Below, in pieces: positions 1-10,017 of a stretch of 64,000 nt of DNA. Both the position numbers and the translations under genes were made by a program. The notes under the pieces are model-generated. The model searched no databases and was not told the origin of the DNA. It was given only the letters and a program-made list of their open reading frames with translations. This stretch comes from Candidatus Obscuribacterales bacterium (GTDB lineage: Bacteria; Cyanobacteriota; Vampirovibrionia; Obscuribacterales; Obscuribacteraceae): NCBI GenBank assembly GCA_965228855.1, contig CBDDIJ010000003.1:3616001-3680000 (forward strand), written 5' to 3'. Within the stretch, counting starts at the first letter, position 1. Each line of letters starts with the position of its first letter.

Positions 1-1
1 G

Positions 2-202
2 ATGAAAGAGACCGTGAACTGGGCGGTTTCAACCGGTTCAATTAAACGGCTGGAATTGTCCGTGTACACATCAAATGAAGTTGCGTTGCGGCTCTATAAA
101 AAAATCGGTTTTGAAGTGGAAGGTTTGAGGAAAAAAGGATTGTGTCACAGAGGCAAATACATCGATTATTTTACGATGGCGAAACTGCTATTTCCCACTT
201 GA
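2..202 (+). CDS. GNAT N-acetyltransferase, C-terminal fragment (truncated at window start)
   Basis: RLELSVYTSNEVALRLYKKIGFEVEG matches the GNAT C-terminal motif N-x-x-A-x-x-L-Y-x-K-x-G-F. Confidence 0.8.
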   Translation: MKETVNWAVSTGSIKRLELSVYTSNEVALRLYKKIGFEVEGLRKKGLCHRGKYIDYFTMAKLLFPT

Positions 203-387
203 ATCGAGTGTATATGCGGCTCAGAAGATAAGTTCAACCAGGTTTCACCCGTCGCCAGTTTATAGACCTCTTTAACTGAAAAGACCCGCAAAATCATCCC
301 TCTACAGAACTAACATTGTGCTATCTTTGAATCATATTTTGTCACGTTTAAACCCGCATTTTGAGACCTGGATTTAGTAAAACCTAG

Positions 388-2637
388 ATGGAATCGGCGA
401 CAGACTTATCTTCCCTATACGGATCTGTAGGTTGGATCGTCGACAGGACCAGTCCTACCAGACAGGTCCTCGGAACGGTTTGGCTGGTTAGAAGTCAGGT
501 TGCGGTCACCTGCACTCACGTTGTCATTCCGTACTTCGACGTTCCGGAAGCTCTTGGTGTGGATTTTCCGCACGTTGGCAAGCGATTCAGCGTCAAAGAA
601 ATCATGCCGCACAGCTTTTACGATCCCTGGCTGATCAGGCGAAAGTATCAAACTCCAGAGATTTACCCGCCCCATGCCCTTTCTGTTGAAACCAACAACC
701 TTTCCGCTCTGGTTTTAAATGCTGTGCCGCCACCTCTGGAAAAAGCGACAGTCGAAAAGGTTTCGCGTCTGTTAAAGCGAGCAATGCCGGAGGAAGAATC
801 AACGCTTTCCGGCTCAGCCACACAAGTTCAAATAACATCCATTATTCAAACGTTGTTGAGCAATCGCAGCAATCAGGGCACACTCACGCTTTTCGACGAG
901 AACAACAATCCGGTAGCAAAATTCTATCTTCGAGAGAATCAACTCACACATGTGCGTTACGGTCATCTTTTGAATGAGGAAGCGCTTTTCAGACTGCTTA
1001 CGCAAGTGGAAGAACAGACCTTCCAATTCACTTTCACTTACGATTATGACCCGGAGTGGGCGAAGTTTCCTCCAGTGCAAAGATCCACAGCCGGCTTGCT
1101 GCTCGATGCATACAGTCGACTGGAGAACTATCAACAAACTCTCAAAGAGTTCAACAACAATCTGAATATCATGGTATCGCAGGCGGTGCCGAATTTGAAC
1201 CTGGATCCGCTGCCCCTGGAAAATCGTCCGGCCGTGGCTTGTGCATGGAACCATATTCGAAACGGAATTCCGCTCCAGCGCTTACTGAAAGCATGCAACT
1301 TTGACGGCTCTACATTAATGCTTGCTCTTAAGTATCTGCGCGAAACAGGTCAAATTCAAGGGCGAGACATGCCGCCGGCGACAAACCTCGAACTCTCGAA
1401 GATGACGGTCGCTAACAACTGTTCATTGGACAGAGGAACGCCGATCAGTGCAGTGACAATCGATCCTGACACAAGACTGCCGGTCATAGAGAACGGTTTT
1501 ATCCTCGATTTTTGCACGGACAAGGGCGATGGACATTATGTCCACTCCATAGGACTACCTCCCAGTGCCGCGGGTGCTCCGCTTCTAGTCAATGGAGAGG
1601 TCGTCGCCGTGCATTGCGGAATACTGACTGAGGGAGTCGATCAATTTGCCGAGTGGATTCACCCATCACTGGCAATCGCAGCGGATCAAGTCTACCAATG
1701 CCTCGACTTGTCGCCCCAAAAGAAGACCACCGAAATTCTTGCATTTCAGGCTGACGCGGCAGAACGCCTGACTTACGACTCGCTCGACGCCACGGCCTCA
1801 GGAGAGTACGTTCAACCACCTGCTATCGGCCAGGTCTCAGGAGGTTGGGAAAGGACGTCGATCGCGCAACAGGAACTTCCACGCAGCTCAGGTCAACACG
1901 GGGCGATTTCCTCACAGGGTCAGTCTGCACGAGACAGACGAGCCGAGGACCGCGGACGAGCATCCGGAGAATTTCGTCCGGTAGATTTGAGTCAGCCTGC
2001 AGATCAAGCAGCACAGAGCAATACAGGAAGTTTCAAGAAGAAGTCGGGTTTCTTCGACACGATTAGCGGAATATTTAAAGGCAAGGGTGAAGTTGTTGAA
2101 ACTGAAACCACTGAAATCAACTTGCTGCGCCAGGGATTGGATAGCAACGAATTCAAGAAAGTACCCGTCACTCAGTCGGTTCGCGTTGGAGATCTGATTC
2201 GCATTCGTTTGCGAATATTGCAAAACACTTACGCCGCCGTCCTGTTAAAAATGAATGGCGAGGAAAATGTTCGCTTGATTTACCCGGACGCTCCGGCTCA
2301 CGAAGAGCCGCTTCTGAAGGGCACTACACTGGATTGCCCGACACAGTTCACTGATGCTGGAGGTGTCGGTCGGAAGAATGTACGCCTGGGAATTCCAATC
2401 AACTCCGGCGATGGATTCGATGAAGTCATGGTACTAACAGGTGCGCAACCACTGGTGGTGCGCCTGTTCGAACTGGGACCTGATCGCGTTTTCAACCTGG
2501 TGAACAAAAGTCTCGGGGAGGCAACCGCAGGAAAGTTCTACGTTAACCGTATGGAGATTTCCAAGGCGACTTCTGAGAATCAAGACTCACCTAATGTCTT
2601 TTCGGTTGCGCTCCTCGAGCTCATACATTCGGACTAA
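388..2637 (+). CDS. Multidomain protein: degenerate trypsin-like fold split by a DUF4388/PatA-N-like domain, disordered linker, C-terminal DUF4384-like domain
   Basis: TCTHVV (aa 41-46); LSGS..QITSIIQTL..QGTLTL..G..HVRYGHL..EEALFRLL..F.F (DUF4388-like); SAAGAPLLVNGEVVAVH; VRVGDLIRIRL..Y..VLL..G..RLIYP (DUF4384-like). Confidence 0.6.
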   Translation: MESATDLSSLYGSVGWIVDRTSPTRQVLGTVWLVRSQVAVTCTHVVIPYFDVPEALGVDFPHVGKRFSVKEIMPHSFYDPWLIRRKYQTPEIYPPHALSVETNNLSALVLNAVPPPLEKATVEKVSRLLKRAMPEEESTLSGSATQVQITSIIQTLLSNRSNQGTLTLFDENNNPVAKFYLRENQLTHVRYGHLLNEEALFRLLTQVEEQTFQFTFTYDYDPEWAKFPPVQRSTAGLLLDAYSRLENYQQTLKEFNNNLNIMVSQAVPNLNLDPLPLENRPAVACAWNHIRNGIPLQRLLKACNFDGSTLMLALKYLRETGQIQGRDMPPATNLELSKMTVANNCSLDRGTPISAVTIDPDTRLPVIENGFILDFCTDKGDGHYVHSIGLPPSAAGAPLLVNGEVVAVHCGILTEGVDQFAEWIHPSLAIAADQVYQCLDLSPQKKTTEILAFQADAAERLTYDSLDATASGEYVQPPAIGQVSGGWERTSIAQQELPRSSGQHGAISSQGQSARDRRAEDRGRASGEFRPVDLSQPADQAAQSNTGSFKKKSGFFDTISGIFKGKGEVVETETTEINLLRQGLDSNEFKKVPVTQSVRVGDLIRIRLRILQNTYAAVLLKMNGEENVRLIYPDAPAHEEPLLKGTTLDCPTQFTDAGGVGRKNVRLGIPINSGDGFDEVMVLTGAQPLVVRLFELGPDRVFNLVNKSLGEATAGKFYVNRMEISKATSENQDSPNVFSVALLELIHSD

Positions 2638-2650
2638 GCTAAGCTCAGGT

Positions 2651-3388
2651 TTAAATTTCTAACGGCTGCTCTTGAGGTGCTGGAGTCGGTTTCGCGCCGG
2701 GTGCCGGAGTTGACGGTACGTCAGGCCCACTCTGGGAAGGCGGAACAGTGTTTGGCTGTGGGTCAAGCGGCTTGTTGTTGTTGTGGTCTTTGTCAGAGTC
2801 CAGTTTGTCGTTGGGAGAATTTGTCGGTCCGGTGATACTGTCGTCGCCCCCCTTGCCTCCGCCGGAAGCACCTCCGTCCGGCGCATTGGCATCGGTTCCG
2901 GGAAGCGAATCGGCTTGACCATCTGGTGGTTGATTCATTGCGTCATCCGGCGGATTGGCATCAGTGGAATCGTCAGTTGATGAGGACATCATTTTATTGA
3001 GCCCGTTGTCGGAACCGGGTTTTTCAGGATTACCATTGGGATCGGAGTCGCGAGCCGGATCGGTTTCTGCTGGCGGTTTAGACGAAGGGTCTGAATCGGC
3101 ACTAGTTTCATCAGAAGCCGACATCATCATGTTGCCGTCCGTCGCGGTCTGACTCATGGACTTCATACTCTCGGGGCTGGCGGTTCCAGTGGTACCATCC
3201 TTGCCACCACTGGCGGTATCTAAACCGGTAATTTCCATCGCGTGCAAATTAGACGTATCTTGTGTCATCTGTTCTCTAATCGAACTGAAGCTACTCATTT
3301 CCGCATTAGTCGGTTGGGATAAGCCGGAATCGAAACTCGGTTGACTGATTGCATTCGATTCAGCGGATTCAGCGCGTTCTCCAGCCAT
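2651..3388 (-). CDS. Acidic, low-complexity D/S/P/G-rich hypothetical protein (likely disordered)
   Basis: 245-aa ORF with GAGGAG RBS just upstream of the ATG; no signal peptide. Confidence 0.7.
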   Translation of the reverse strand: MAGERAESAESNAISQPSFDSGLSQPTNAEMSSFSSIREQMTQDTSNLHAMEITGLDTASGGKDGTTGTASPESMKSMSQTATDGNMMMSASDETSADSDPSSKPPAETDPARDSDPNGNPEKPGSDNGLNKMMSSSTDDSTDANPPDDAMNQPPDGQADSLPGTDANAPDGGASGGGKGGDDSITGPTNSPNDKLDSDKDHNNNKPLDPQPNTVPPSQSGPDVPSTPAPGAKPTPAPQEQPLEI

Positions 3389-3739
3389 GGTGAAATCTCC
3401 TCAAGTAAAAACGACAGCCCGAGCGGTTTCAAAACGGGAAGCAACTGGGGTTTGTCTAGTAAGTGGAACAGTTTGTGGCGTTTGCATACTCAATCTATCG
3501 CCGGGATATCAGGTCAACGTGACGGACGAAACGATGGCGCAAGGCCCCTGCCATTTAATCTTTCTTGACCGAAATCCCGCGCCCTGGTATCCTCGCGGGA
3601 GTGCGCCGATGTTCGATCATTTGAGAAACCGGGTATAAACCAGATCTCGGCGTATGGAAAACGAATCGAGAAATCGCATAAGCGATATCCGTTTATCGCC
3701 ATTTAAATAGATTGTCGATGTTTATATGAGGAACGCCCC

Positions 3740-4342
3740 ATGTCGGACTTAGAGCAACGGGACGGTGGCGCGGATTTTCACGCCAAAAATGCTCCTCCGG
3801 CGGCGATGACCGCAGAAGCGGTCATTACCGGCAAAGACCAGCAAGCTACGCTCGGTACTAAGAGCGAATCGGCGACCTATCCGCTATCTAATATAGATTT
3901 CGTGGACGCGAAGACGGAAAATCATAAAACCAACGACCAGGGACCTAAATTTGAGCCGCCATACTACAATCTCCGCTACGACTATACTGTCGACCCTCTG
4001 GAGAAAGGTATCGGGTCCTTATCCATGTCATTCGATTCAATCTCGACAAAAATGGCAGGGCTCCTCAACAAACCTGAAATAAAAGAGCAGGGCGGCTTTT
4101 CGCTCCAGACCCTCAAGGACACGCTCAACAATCCTGGTTTGAACAAAACGTTTTCGGAAGTCGAGGTCAACTCGCTGCGCTTGATGGCCAATCAGGCAAG
4201 ACGACTTCTCGATCCTTCTTTCGTCGCTAAGCTGGACCGCAAATCGTTCGGCGGGCCTGATCTTCCCATGGACAAGCTCTATATCACTAAAAACAGCGTG
4301 ACTGCAGCTGGAAAACAGCTGGGCGTGATCAAAGAGGCTTAA
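3740..4342 (+). CDS. Hypothetical protein
   Basis: 200-aa ORF with GAGGA RBS upstream. Confidence 0.7.
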   Translation: MSDLEQRDGGADFHAKNAPPAAMTAEAVITGKDQQATLGTKSESATYPLSNIDFVDAKTENHKTNDQGPKFEPPYYNLRYDYTVDPLEKGIGSLSMSFDSISTKMAGLLNKPEIKEQGGFSLQTLKDTLNNPGLNKTFSEVEVNSLRLMANQARRLLDPSFVAKLDRKSFGGPDLPMDKLYITKNSVTAAGKQLGVIKEA

Positions 4343-4401
4343 GTGCCGACTTTGCTTGCTATACTGTCCGATGTTTCCCAATCGAGAACAGGAGCATTTT
4401 G

Positions 4402-4737
4402 ATGAAAAGCAAGACCGCTGCGGCTGTCGCTGGACTTCTAACGATTTTTCTCGTCTGCTCACCTCTAGCAGCTGACGCTAAGAAGTGGACGGTGACGCAG
4501 AGACTTGAAAAACTTTCCAAAGATATAGACGAAGGTCGCACAGGAAATGAACTGACGACTAAACAAGTCGAAGATCTTAAAAAGGAAGTTTCAGACATCA
4601 AAGACCGCATGGAAAAAATGAAGAGCAAAAATGGCGGCAAGCTCAGCATTCCTGATACCAATAAAGTTCATAAAGAACTGAACGACTTGAGCGTAAAAAC
4701 GCTTCGCTTGCGCCTCGACAACGTTTACAAACCATAG
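4402..4737 (+). CDS. Secreted small helical/coiled-coil hypothetical protein
   Basis: AGGAG RBS; Sec signal MKSKTAAAVAGLLTIFLVCSPLAADA; K/E/D-rich helical mature part. Confidence 0.75.
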   Translation: MKSKTAAAVAGLLTIFLVCSPLAADAKKWTVTQRLEKLSKDIDEGRTGNELTTKQVEDLKKEVSDIKDRMEKMKSKNGGKLSIPDTNKVHKELNDLSVKTLRLRLDNVYKP

Positions 4738-4763
4738 TCGAACGCTACCCGTTCTTTAAATCT

Positions 4764-4798
4764 AAACGCCTCGATTGTTATTGCATCGAGGCGTTTTT
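4764..4798. terminator. Intrinsic terminator between convergent genes
   Basis: AAACGCCTCGAT...ATCGAGGCGTTTTT, 12-bp stem with T-run. Confidence 0.75.
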
Positions 4799-4857
4799 AT
4801 CTAAACCGTTTGCATGGTCGTAAACTGCCATGCCCGTTTTGAACGGTGGCGCTGTTT

Positions 4858-6510
4858 TTAAACTGCCACCGCCGACGATAGCACTTTGGAGACAAGCGCT
4901 TTCGCTTCATCCTGTATCTGTTTCAAATGCGAATCGCCTTTGAAGCTCTCCGCATAGATTTTGTAGATATCTTCGGTACCGGATGGTCTGGCGGCAAACC
5001 AGCCATTCTCAGTCACAACTTTAAGTCCACCGATTGATGCGTTGTTGCTCGGAGCAGTCGTCAGTTTTTCTACAATTTTCTCGCCGGCGAATTCAGAAGC
5101 TGTGATTTGATCGGCAGACAATTTTTTGAAGTTTGCTTTTTCTTCGGCGGACGCAGGCGCCTCGACCCGGGCATAGACCGGGTTTCCGAATTCTCCGGTC
5201 AGTGCCTCGTAATGATCCGACGGAGATTTGCCGGTAGTCGCGAGAATTTCGGCGCTCAAGAGAGCGAGGATTATTCCATCTTTGTCGGTCGTCCAAACAC
5301 TTCCGTCCTTACGCAGGAAAGATGCTCCTGCGCTCTCCTCACCGCCGAAACCCAGCGAACCATCGGACAATCCCTCAACAAACCATTTAAAGCCGACCGG
5401 CACTTCGACAAGTTTTCTCCCCAAACGTTTAGCAACCCTATCAATCATGCTGCTTGAAACAATCGTCTTTCCGATTCCGGCATCTTTGCGCCAGTTCGTT
5501 CTATTCGTAAAGAGATAGTCGATTGCCACGGCAAGATAATGATTAGGATTCATCAATCCGGCAGTAGGAGTGACGATTCCATGGCGGTCGTGGTCTGTGT
5601 CGTTCGCAAACGCGATATCGTACTGATCTTTTAATTTCAGCAGTCCCGCCATCGCATATGGTGACGAGCAATCCATTCGAACTTTGCCGTCCCAATCCAC
5701 GCTCATGAATGAAAATGTTGGATCGACGAGTGAGTTTACTACTTGAATCGGCAACTTATATTGATCGACCAGACGAGCCCAGTAGGCAACACCAGCGCCG
5801 CCAAGTGGATCAACACCGGCCTTGATTTTGGCACCGCGGATGGCATCAATATCGATGACCGAAGTGAGTTCATCCACATACAGTTTTCCAAAATCGAATT
5901 CTTGAGTCGTCGAAGCTTTAAGTGCGGCTTTGAACGAAATTGTTTTTACATCTTTCAAGCCATTGGCTAGAAATTCATTAGCCTTCTTCTCAATCCAGCC
6001 TGTAATGCTGGTATCGGCTGGACCACCCGAAGGCGGATTGTATTTGAACCCACCATCTTCAGGTGGATTGTGCGACGGAGTGATCACGATTCCATCAGCC
6101 AAACCGCTTTTCTTGCCCTTGTTATAGTTGAGAATCGCGAGTGAAATCGCCGGCGTCGGCGTGTAACCGCCGGCGCTGTCAATCATGACATTAACGTCAT
6201 TGGCGGCAAGCACGGAGAGAGCGCTGGCAAACGCCGGCTCGGACAGTGCATGCGTGTCGATGCCAAGATAAAGAGGTCCGGTGTAACCTTGCTCCTTCCG
6301 GTACAAGCATATAGCCTGTGTTATTGCGAGGATGTGGTCTTCATTGAATGCTCGCTTGAATGCAGAGCCTCTGTGTCCGGACGTCCCGAACGCCACACGC
6401 TCTGTTGGTTCCGAAACATCCGGCTTGTCTTCGTAGTAAGACGTGATAAGTTTCGGCACATTGACAAGCATGTCGGGCTGCACTGGCTTTCCTGCAAACG
6501 GACTGAGCAT
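4858..6510 (-). CDS. pgm: Phosphoglucomutase (alpha-D-glucose phosphate-specific)
   Basis: [16 protein letters not shown] (phospho-Ser), DTDHDRH metal loop, GEESAG, RPSGTE; AGGAG RBS favours a start near 6510. Confidence 0.95.
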   Translation of the reverse strand: MLSPFAGKPVQPDMLVNVPKLITSYYEDKPDVSEPTERVAFGTSGHRGSAFKRAFNEDHILAITQAICLYRKEQGYTGPLYLGIDTHALSEPAFASALSVLAANDVNVMIDSAGGYTPTPAISLAILNYNKGKKSGLADGIVITPSHNPPEDGGFKYNPPSGGPADTSITGWIEKKANEFLANGLKDVKTISFKAALKASTTQEFDFGKLYVDELTSVIDIDAIRGAKIKAGVDPLGGAGVAYWARLVDQYKLPIQVVNSLVDPTFSFMSVDWDGKVRMDCSSPYAMAGLLKLKDQYDIAFANDTDHDRHGIVTPTAGLMNPNHYLAVAIDYLFTNRTNWRKDAGIGKTIVSSSMIDRVAKRLGRKLVEVPVGFKWFVEGLSDGSLGFGGEESAGASFLRKDGSVWTTDKDGIILALLSAEILATTGKSPSDHYEALTGEFGNPVYARVEAPASAEEKANFKKLSADQITASEFAGEKIVEKLTTAPSNNASIGGLKVVTENGWFAARPSGTEDIYKIYAESFKGDSHLKQIQDEAKALVSKVLSSAVAV

Positions 6511-6662
6511 CACTACATCTCCTATTGAAAGGTGCGCGACCACGGGCGGACTACGCCCGGTGGAGGTCTATAGCATATAACATCTGGAGTGAACTTGACC
6601 TGCCGAAACCCAAGAAAGTGACTTTCTCGAACGAGTCAAACCCGCTGTGCGGAGGGTCTGAA

Positions 6663-9600
6663 CTATTTTGCTTCGGGCAGCGCTTCCGGCGGACGAGCGT
6701 TCTTAATCGCCTGAATCATCTCTGCAAGCCGACTGCGACCGACATCAGAATTCAACACATCACCCATTCTCAAAAGGGTTAGTCCGTGATAGTAGCCGTT
6801 TTGATTACCCGGCAGATCGATGAAGCTGCGCATTCTGTCCCAGGAGGCGTGGTCGTGAAGGTTCCAGGACAGCGCGTTCTCTCCCTTGAGAGTCAAGCCC
6901 TGACGAACAGCTTCTTGCCCGACCCAGGTGGCAAGTGCGTATGGCATCGACTTCACGCCCGGTCCTTCGTGTCCATCCGCCATTTCCAGCGCAGTAAAGT
7001 GAGGAACCACGCGCGATTTCGAATCGGGACGCTGAACGTCTTTGAACATCTGCAACATTGGTCTGTAACCGCGACCCAGATCGTCGGACCACCAGTCGTT
7101 TCTGCTTGTGGTGATCAATCCGGCAGCCAACTCTGCAAGCCGGTCTCCCATAACTATGTTGTCACCCTGACGTTCTCCGACACGCCAGTGCACTCCCGGC
7201 ATCTTGGCACCAATATCGATACCACTAAACGGCGCGTCCTTCGCGCCAAAAACATCGAGCGCCGTGTTCAACACTTGTTTGCCGTGCTTTGTCAGTGATT
7301 CGTTATACCAATCAAAGAAGTCTTTACCGTATTGAGTATGATGATGTTTATCCTGACCGAAGAATTCGCCGGGATTTTTCGGAGGGGCGATGTTGTCCCC
7401 AAACTCAGCGCCCCAGGCTTCTTTTACTTTATCGGCACTGCCGTATTTCTTGACTGCAAAATCCTGGAAGGACTTCACGGCTGCCTCGGAATAAGATTGC
7501 AGAGCGCCGCGTGTCGGGTAGCCGCTATTTTGATCGTGGGAATTATATGATGGATAGCGGATCTCACCGGCCGGTCCTAGACTGACGTTGATTTCGGCGA
7601 TGTCGTTGCGCCGATTGGCAAAATGGTTTTGGAACGACTCCATAAGTGCCTTATAGCGTGGCAGAGCAAGATCCGTAGCCCAGGCAGAAACATATTCGGA
7701 ACTCTTGTTGCCTTGCTCACTCTGATATTTTGCATAGTCAGGATTGCTGGAACCGGCTTTGGAAGCCAGATGGCCCCATACCCAAAATGGAAGTGGTACG
7801 TAAACATCATCGCCCACGTTTCCACCGGCCTGGTGAAGAGACAGAATCGGAACCCATTTGAGACCGTGGCTCTTTATATGTTCGCTAAGTTGGTCGTAAT
7901 ACTTCCAATTGTACTCGCCGGGTTTCGGCTCAACCAAACCCCACCAGATATCGGTACTCACACCATCGACACCGACCTTCTTAGCGTTGGCCAGGTCTCG
8001 ATCGAAAGCTTCCCATGCGGCTTTAGTGTTCGGGTCGTTAGGATTCTCCATGTTGCCCACTGCCAGAGGTGCCATCACATTCATCGTGATTTCCGGACGG
8101 GCAAGTTTCGTCATCGTGCCGAGCGGCTTGTATGAAGCTGGATCGGCTTTGATAGTGTTGTCGGCGACCAGACGCATGCGGTTTGATTTCGAAGCGACAT
8201 CCAACCAGACAGCGCCGGTCGATTCCGGCAGCGCATGCATGCTTCTGAGTTCCGGACTCAGTCTTTCCGGGAAACAGTTGGCGATCAAACTCTTGCCGGG
8301 AATGAGTTTGACACCATTGTCATTGCGAGTCGGAACCTCATTGTGGAAAAGTTCCAGAGTTTTCTCCGGTCCCTTCTTCTCAAAGAAGAAGTACTTTTTC
8401 ACTTCACGAACGGTAGTCGAAGCTTCGCTCGTTTCTCCGTTTTGAAACCTTACGACCGGAAGCTTGTCACCAGTGATCTCATAGGTTTTCAGACCGGTAT
8501 TTTCTTTGAGTCCCGATGCCATCAAAGCATTCTTTGCTGTCGCGTCGAGATTATTCATGCGCTGCCCCATGCTCTTGTAGAACATCGGGTCGGAAGCCTT
8601 CGCACCAAAGCCGGCACCGAGCGCGCCCACTCCACCTTCCAGCCCAGCGTGTTTTAGAACCTTTCCGAGATCGAAATTCTCTCCGGCGGATTGCTGGCGA
8701 ATGATCTCGGAAGAGCCACCGTTGACCAGTCCGAAGGAACCGCCCATAGTCATGCTCGCAGCAAGCGGACTGCGCTTTAGAGCACCAGCCGTCATTTTGT
8801 TCGCGGCACCAAACATACCTTCAGCAGCTACGAATGTGGCAGCGTCGTATGCCATGAGAGCCGGATTGAGAGTTTCACGCTTCAATCGCTCAACCCCAGC
8901 ACCGGGATTGGTTATCATCTCGCGAGAGAAAGTCACCTCGACACCCCGACTGGCCATACCCATCGCCACGCCTTTTGCCGGAGCGAAACTCATGTTTCTC
9001 TGTGCTACGGTGAACAGTTGCCGCATGGCCGCACCTTTGGCACCGCCCAGAGCGAAATCCGCCGTTCCCGTCAGGAGGTCCGCATCGGTATGGACATTGT
9101 CGAGACCATAGAGCAATGCGGCACTGGCCATTCCTATCTTCGGAGTGGCGAACAAACTTGCGGTTTTTAGAAACTCTCCACTGTAGTGGTTAAACTGGTG
9201 GCGTGTCTCTTTGTCATCAATGATGTGCTTGCTGACTTTATCAAGACCAGCTTCAAGGAGAGTAGGAGCCGGTCCCGCAGGTGTGGAGTCAATCGCAGAA
9301 AAGTTTTTGACACCGTCCCTTACTATCGAATCATAGTTGAGCCGACCATCTTCACTAACATGAGAAGATGCGAGTTTGACCGAAAAGGCAAGTGGCGTTT
9401 CCGCTCCAGAGTTCCTCTTGAGCGCGTCGACCGAATGCAGGTGGCTGCCTCCAGAAGCCGGTTTCAACTCAACGGACTCTGTCGAATCGCTCTTCGCCGT
9501 TTGAGAAACAGAAGGTGATATTTCTGGTTGAGAACTACTAGAAGGCGACTTCGTGTCCTCCTTCGCAGCGCTCGGCGCCGGCTTCTCCTGACCAGGAGCC

Positions 9601-9707
9601 GACCACGCGGACGCAACTAAAATGTCAGAGGTAACCGTCGACCTGGCACCGAATGCATTATGTTCGGGCGGAGCAAAGTATCCCTGGTTGAGCATGGCGT
9701 CGGTCAT
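6663..9707 (-). CDS. GH14 beta-amylase domain (aa ~541-1000) fused to a ~540-aa N-terminal region of unknown function
   Basis: VMAPL, DIWWGLVE, HQAGGNVGDD, LGPAGEIRYPSY (catalytic Glu), GVHW, FTALEM, GENAL (second catalytic Glu). Confidence 0.9.
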   Translation of the reverse strand: MTDAMLNQGYFAPPEHNAFGARSTVTSDILVASAWSAPGQEKPAPSAAKEDTKSPSSSSQPEISPSVSQTAKSDSTESVELKPASGGSHLHSVDALKRNSGAETPLAFSVKLASSHVSEDGRLNYDSIVRDGVKNFSAIDSTPAGPAPTLLEAGLDKVSKHIIDDKETRHQFNHYSGEFLKTASLFATPKIGMASAALLYGLDNVHTDADLLTGTADFALGGAKGAAMRQLFTVAQRNMSFAPAKGVAMGMASRGVEVTFSREMITNPGAGVERLKRETLNPALMAYDAATFVAAEGMFGAANKMTAGALKRSPLAASMTMGGSFGLVNGGSSEIIRQQSAGENFDLGKVLKHAGLEGGVGALGAGFGAKASDPMFYKSMGQRMNNLDATAKNALMASGLKENTGLKTYEITGDKLPVVRFQNGETSEASTTVREVKKYFFFEKKGPEKTLELFHNEVPTRNDNGVKLIPGKSLIANCFPERLSPELRSMHALPESTGAVWLDVASKSNRMRLVADNTIKADPASYKPLGTMTKLARPEITMNVMAPLAVGNMENPNDPNTKAAWEAFDRDLANAKKVGVDGVSTDIWWGLVEPKPGEYNWKYYDQLSEHIKSHGLKWVPILSLHQAGGNVGDDVYVPLPFWVWGHLASKAGSSNPDYAKYQSEQGNKSSEYVSAWATDLALPRYKALMESFQNHFANRRNDIAEINVSLGPAGEIRYPSYNSHDQNSGYPTRGALQSYSEAAVKSFQDFAVKKYGSADKVKEAWGAEFGDNIAPPKNPGEFFGQDKHHHTQYGKDFFDWYNESLTKHGKQVLNTALDVFGAKDAPFSGIDIGAKMPGVHWRVGERQGDNIVMGDRLAELAAGLITTSRNDWWSDDLGRGYRPMLQMFKDVQRPDSKSRVVPHFTALEMADGHEGPGVKSMPYALATWVGQEAVRQGLTLKGENALSWNLHDHASWDRMRSFIDLPGNQNGYYHGLTLLRMGDVLNSDVGRSRLAEMIQAIKNARPPEALPEAK

Positions 9708-10017
9708 AGACGCACCGCCAACAGTGCCATGTCATGCACTCTGCGGATTTCTATCGAACGTGCTAGTGAGCTGACACAGCAGGTTGAAGACATGAAACCC
9801 CACGCAAATTGGACCGGAAGGTCGGTTGAAACAAAGCCGCATAAAAACAGTGCGCAATGTGGGACCATGCGTCACTCGATGACGTGGAATGAATCGCCCG
9901 AACGACCTCGGGGACTCAGACACTTCTATATTTCGATTCGATGAACTGCGATGTTATAAAACTACATGTAGTTTCGCTTGTTCTCAATGGGAATTCCACC
10001 ACTACGGCAAGATTTAA

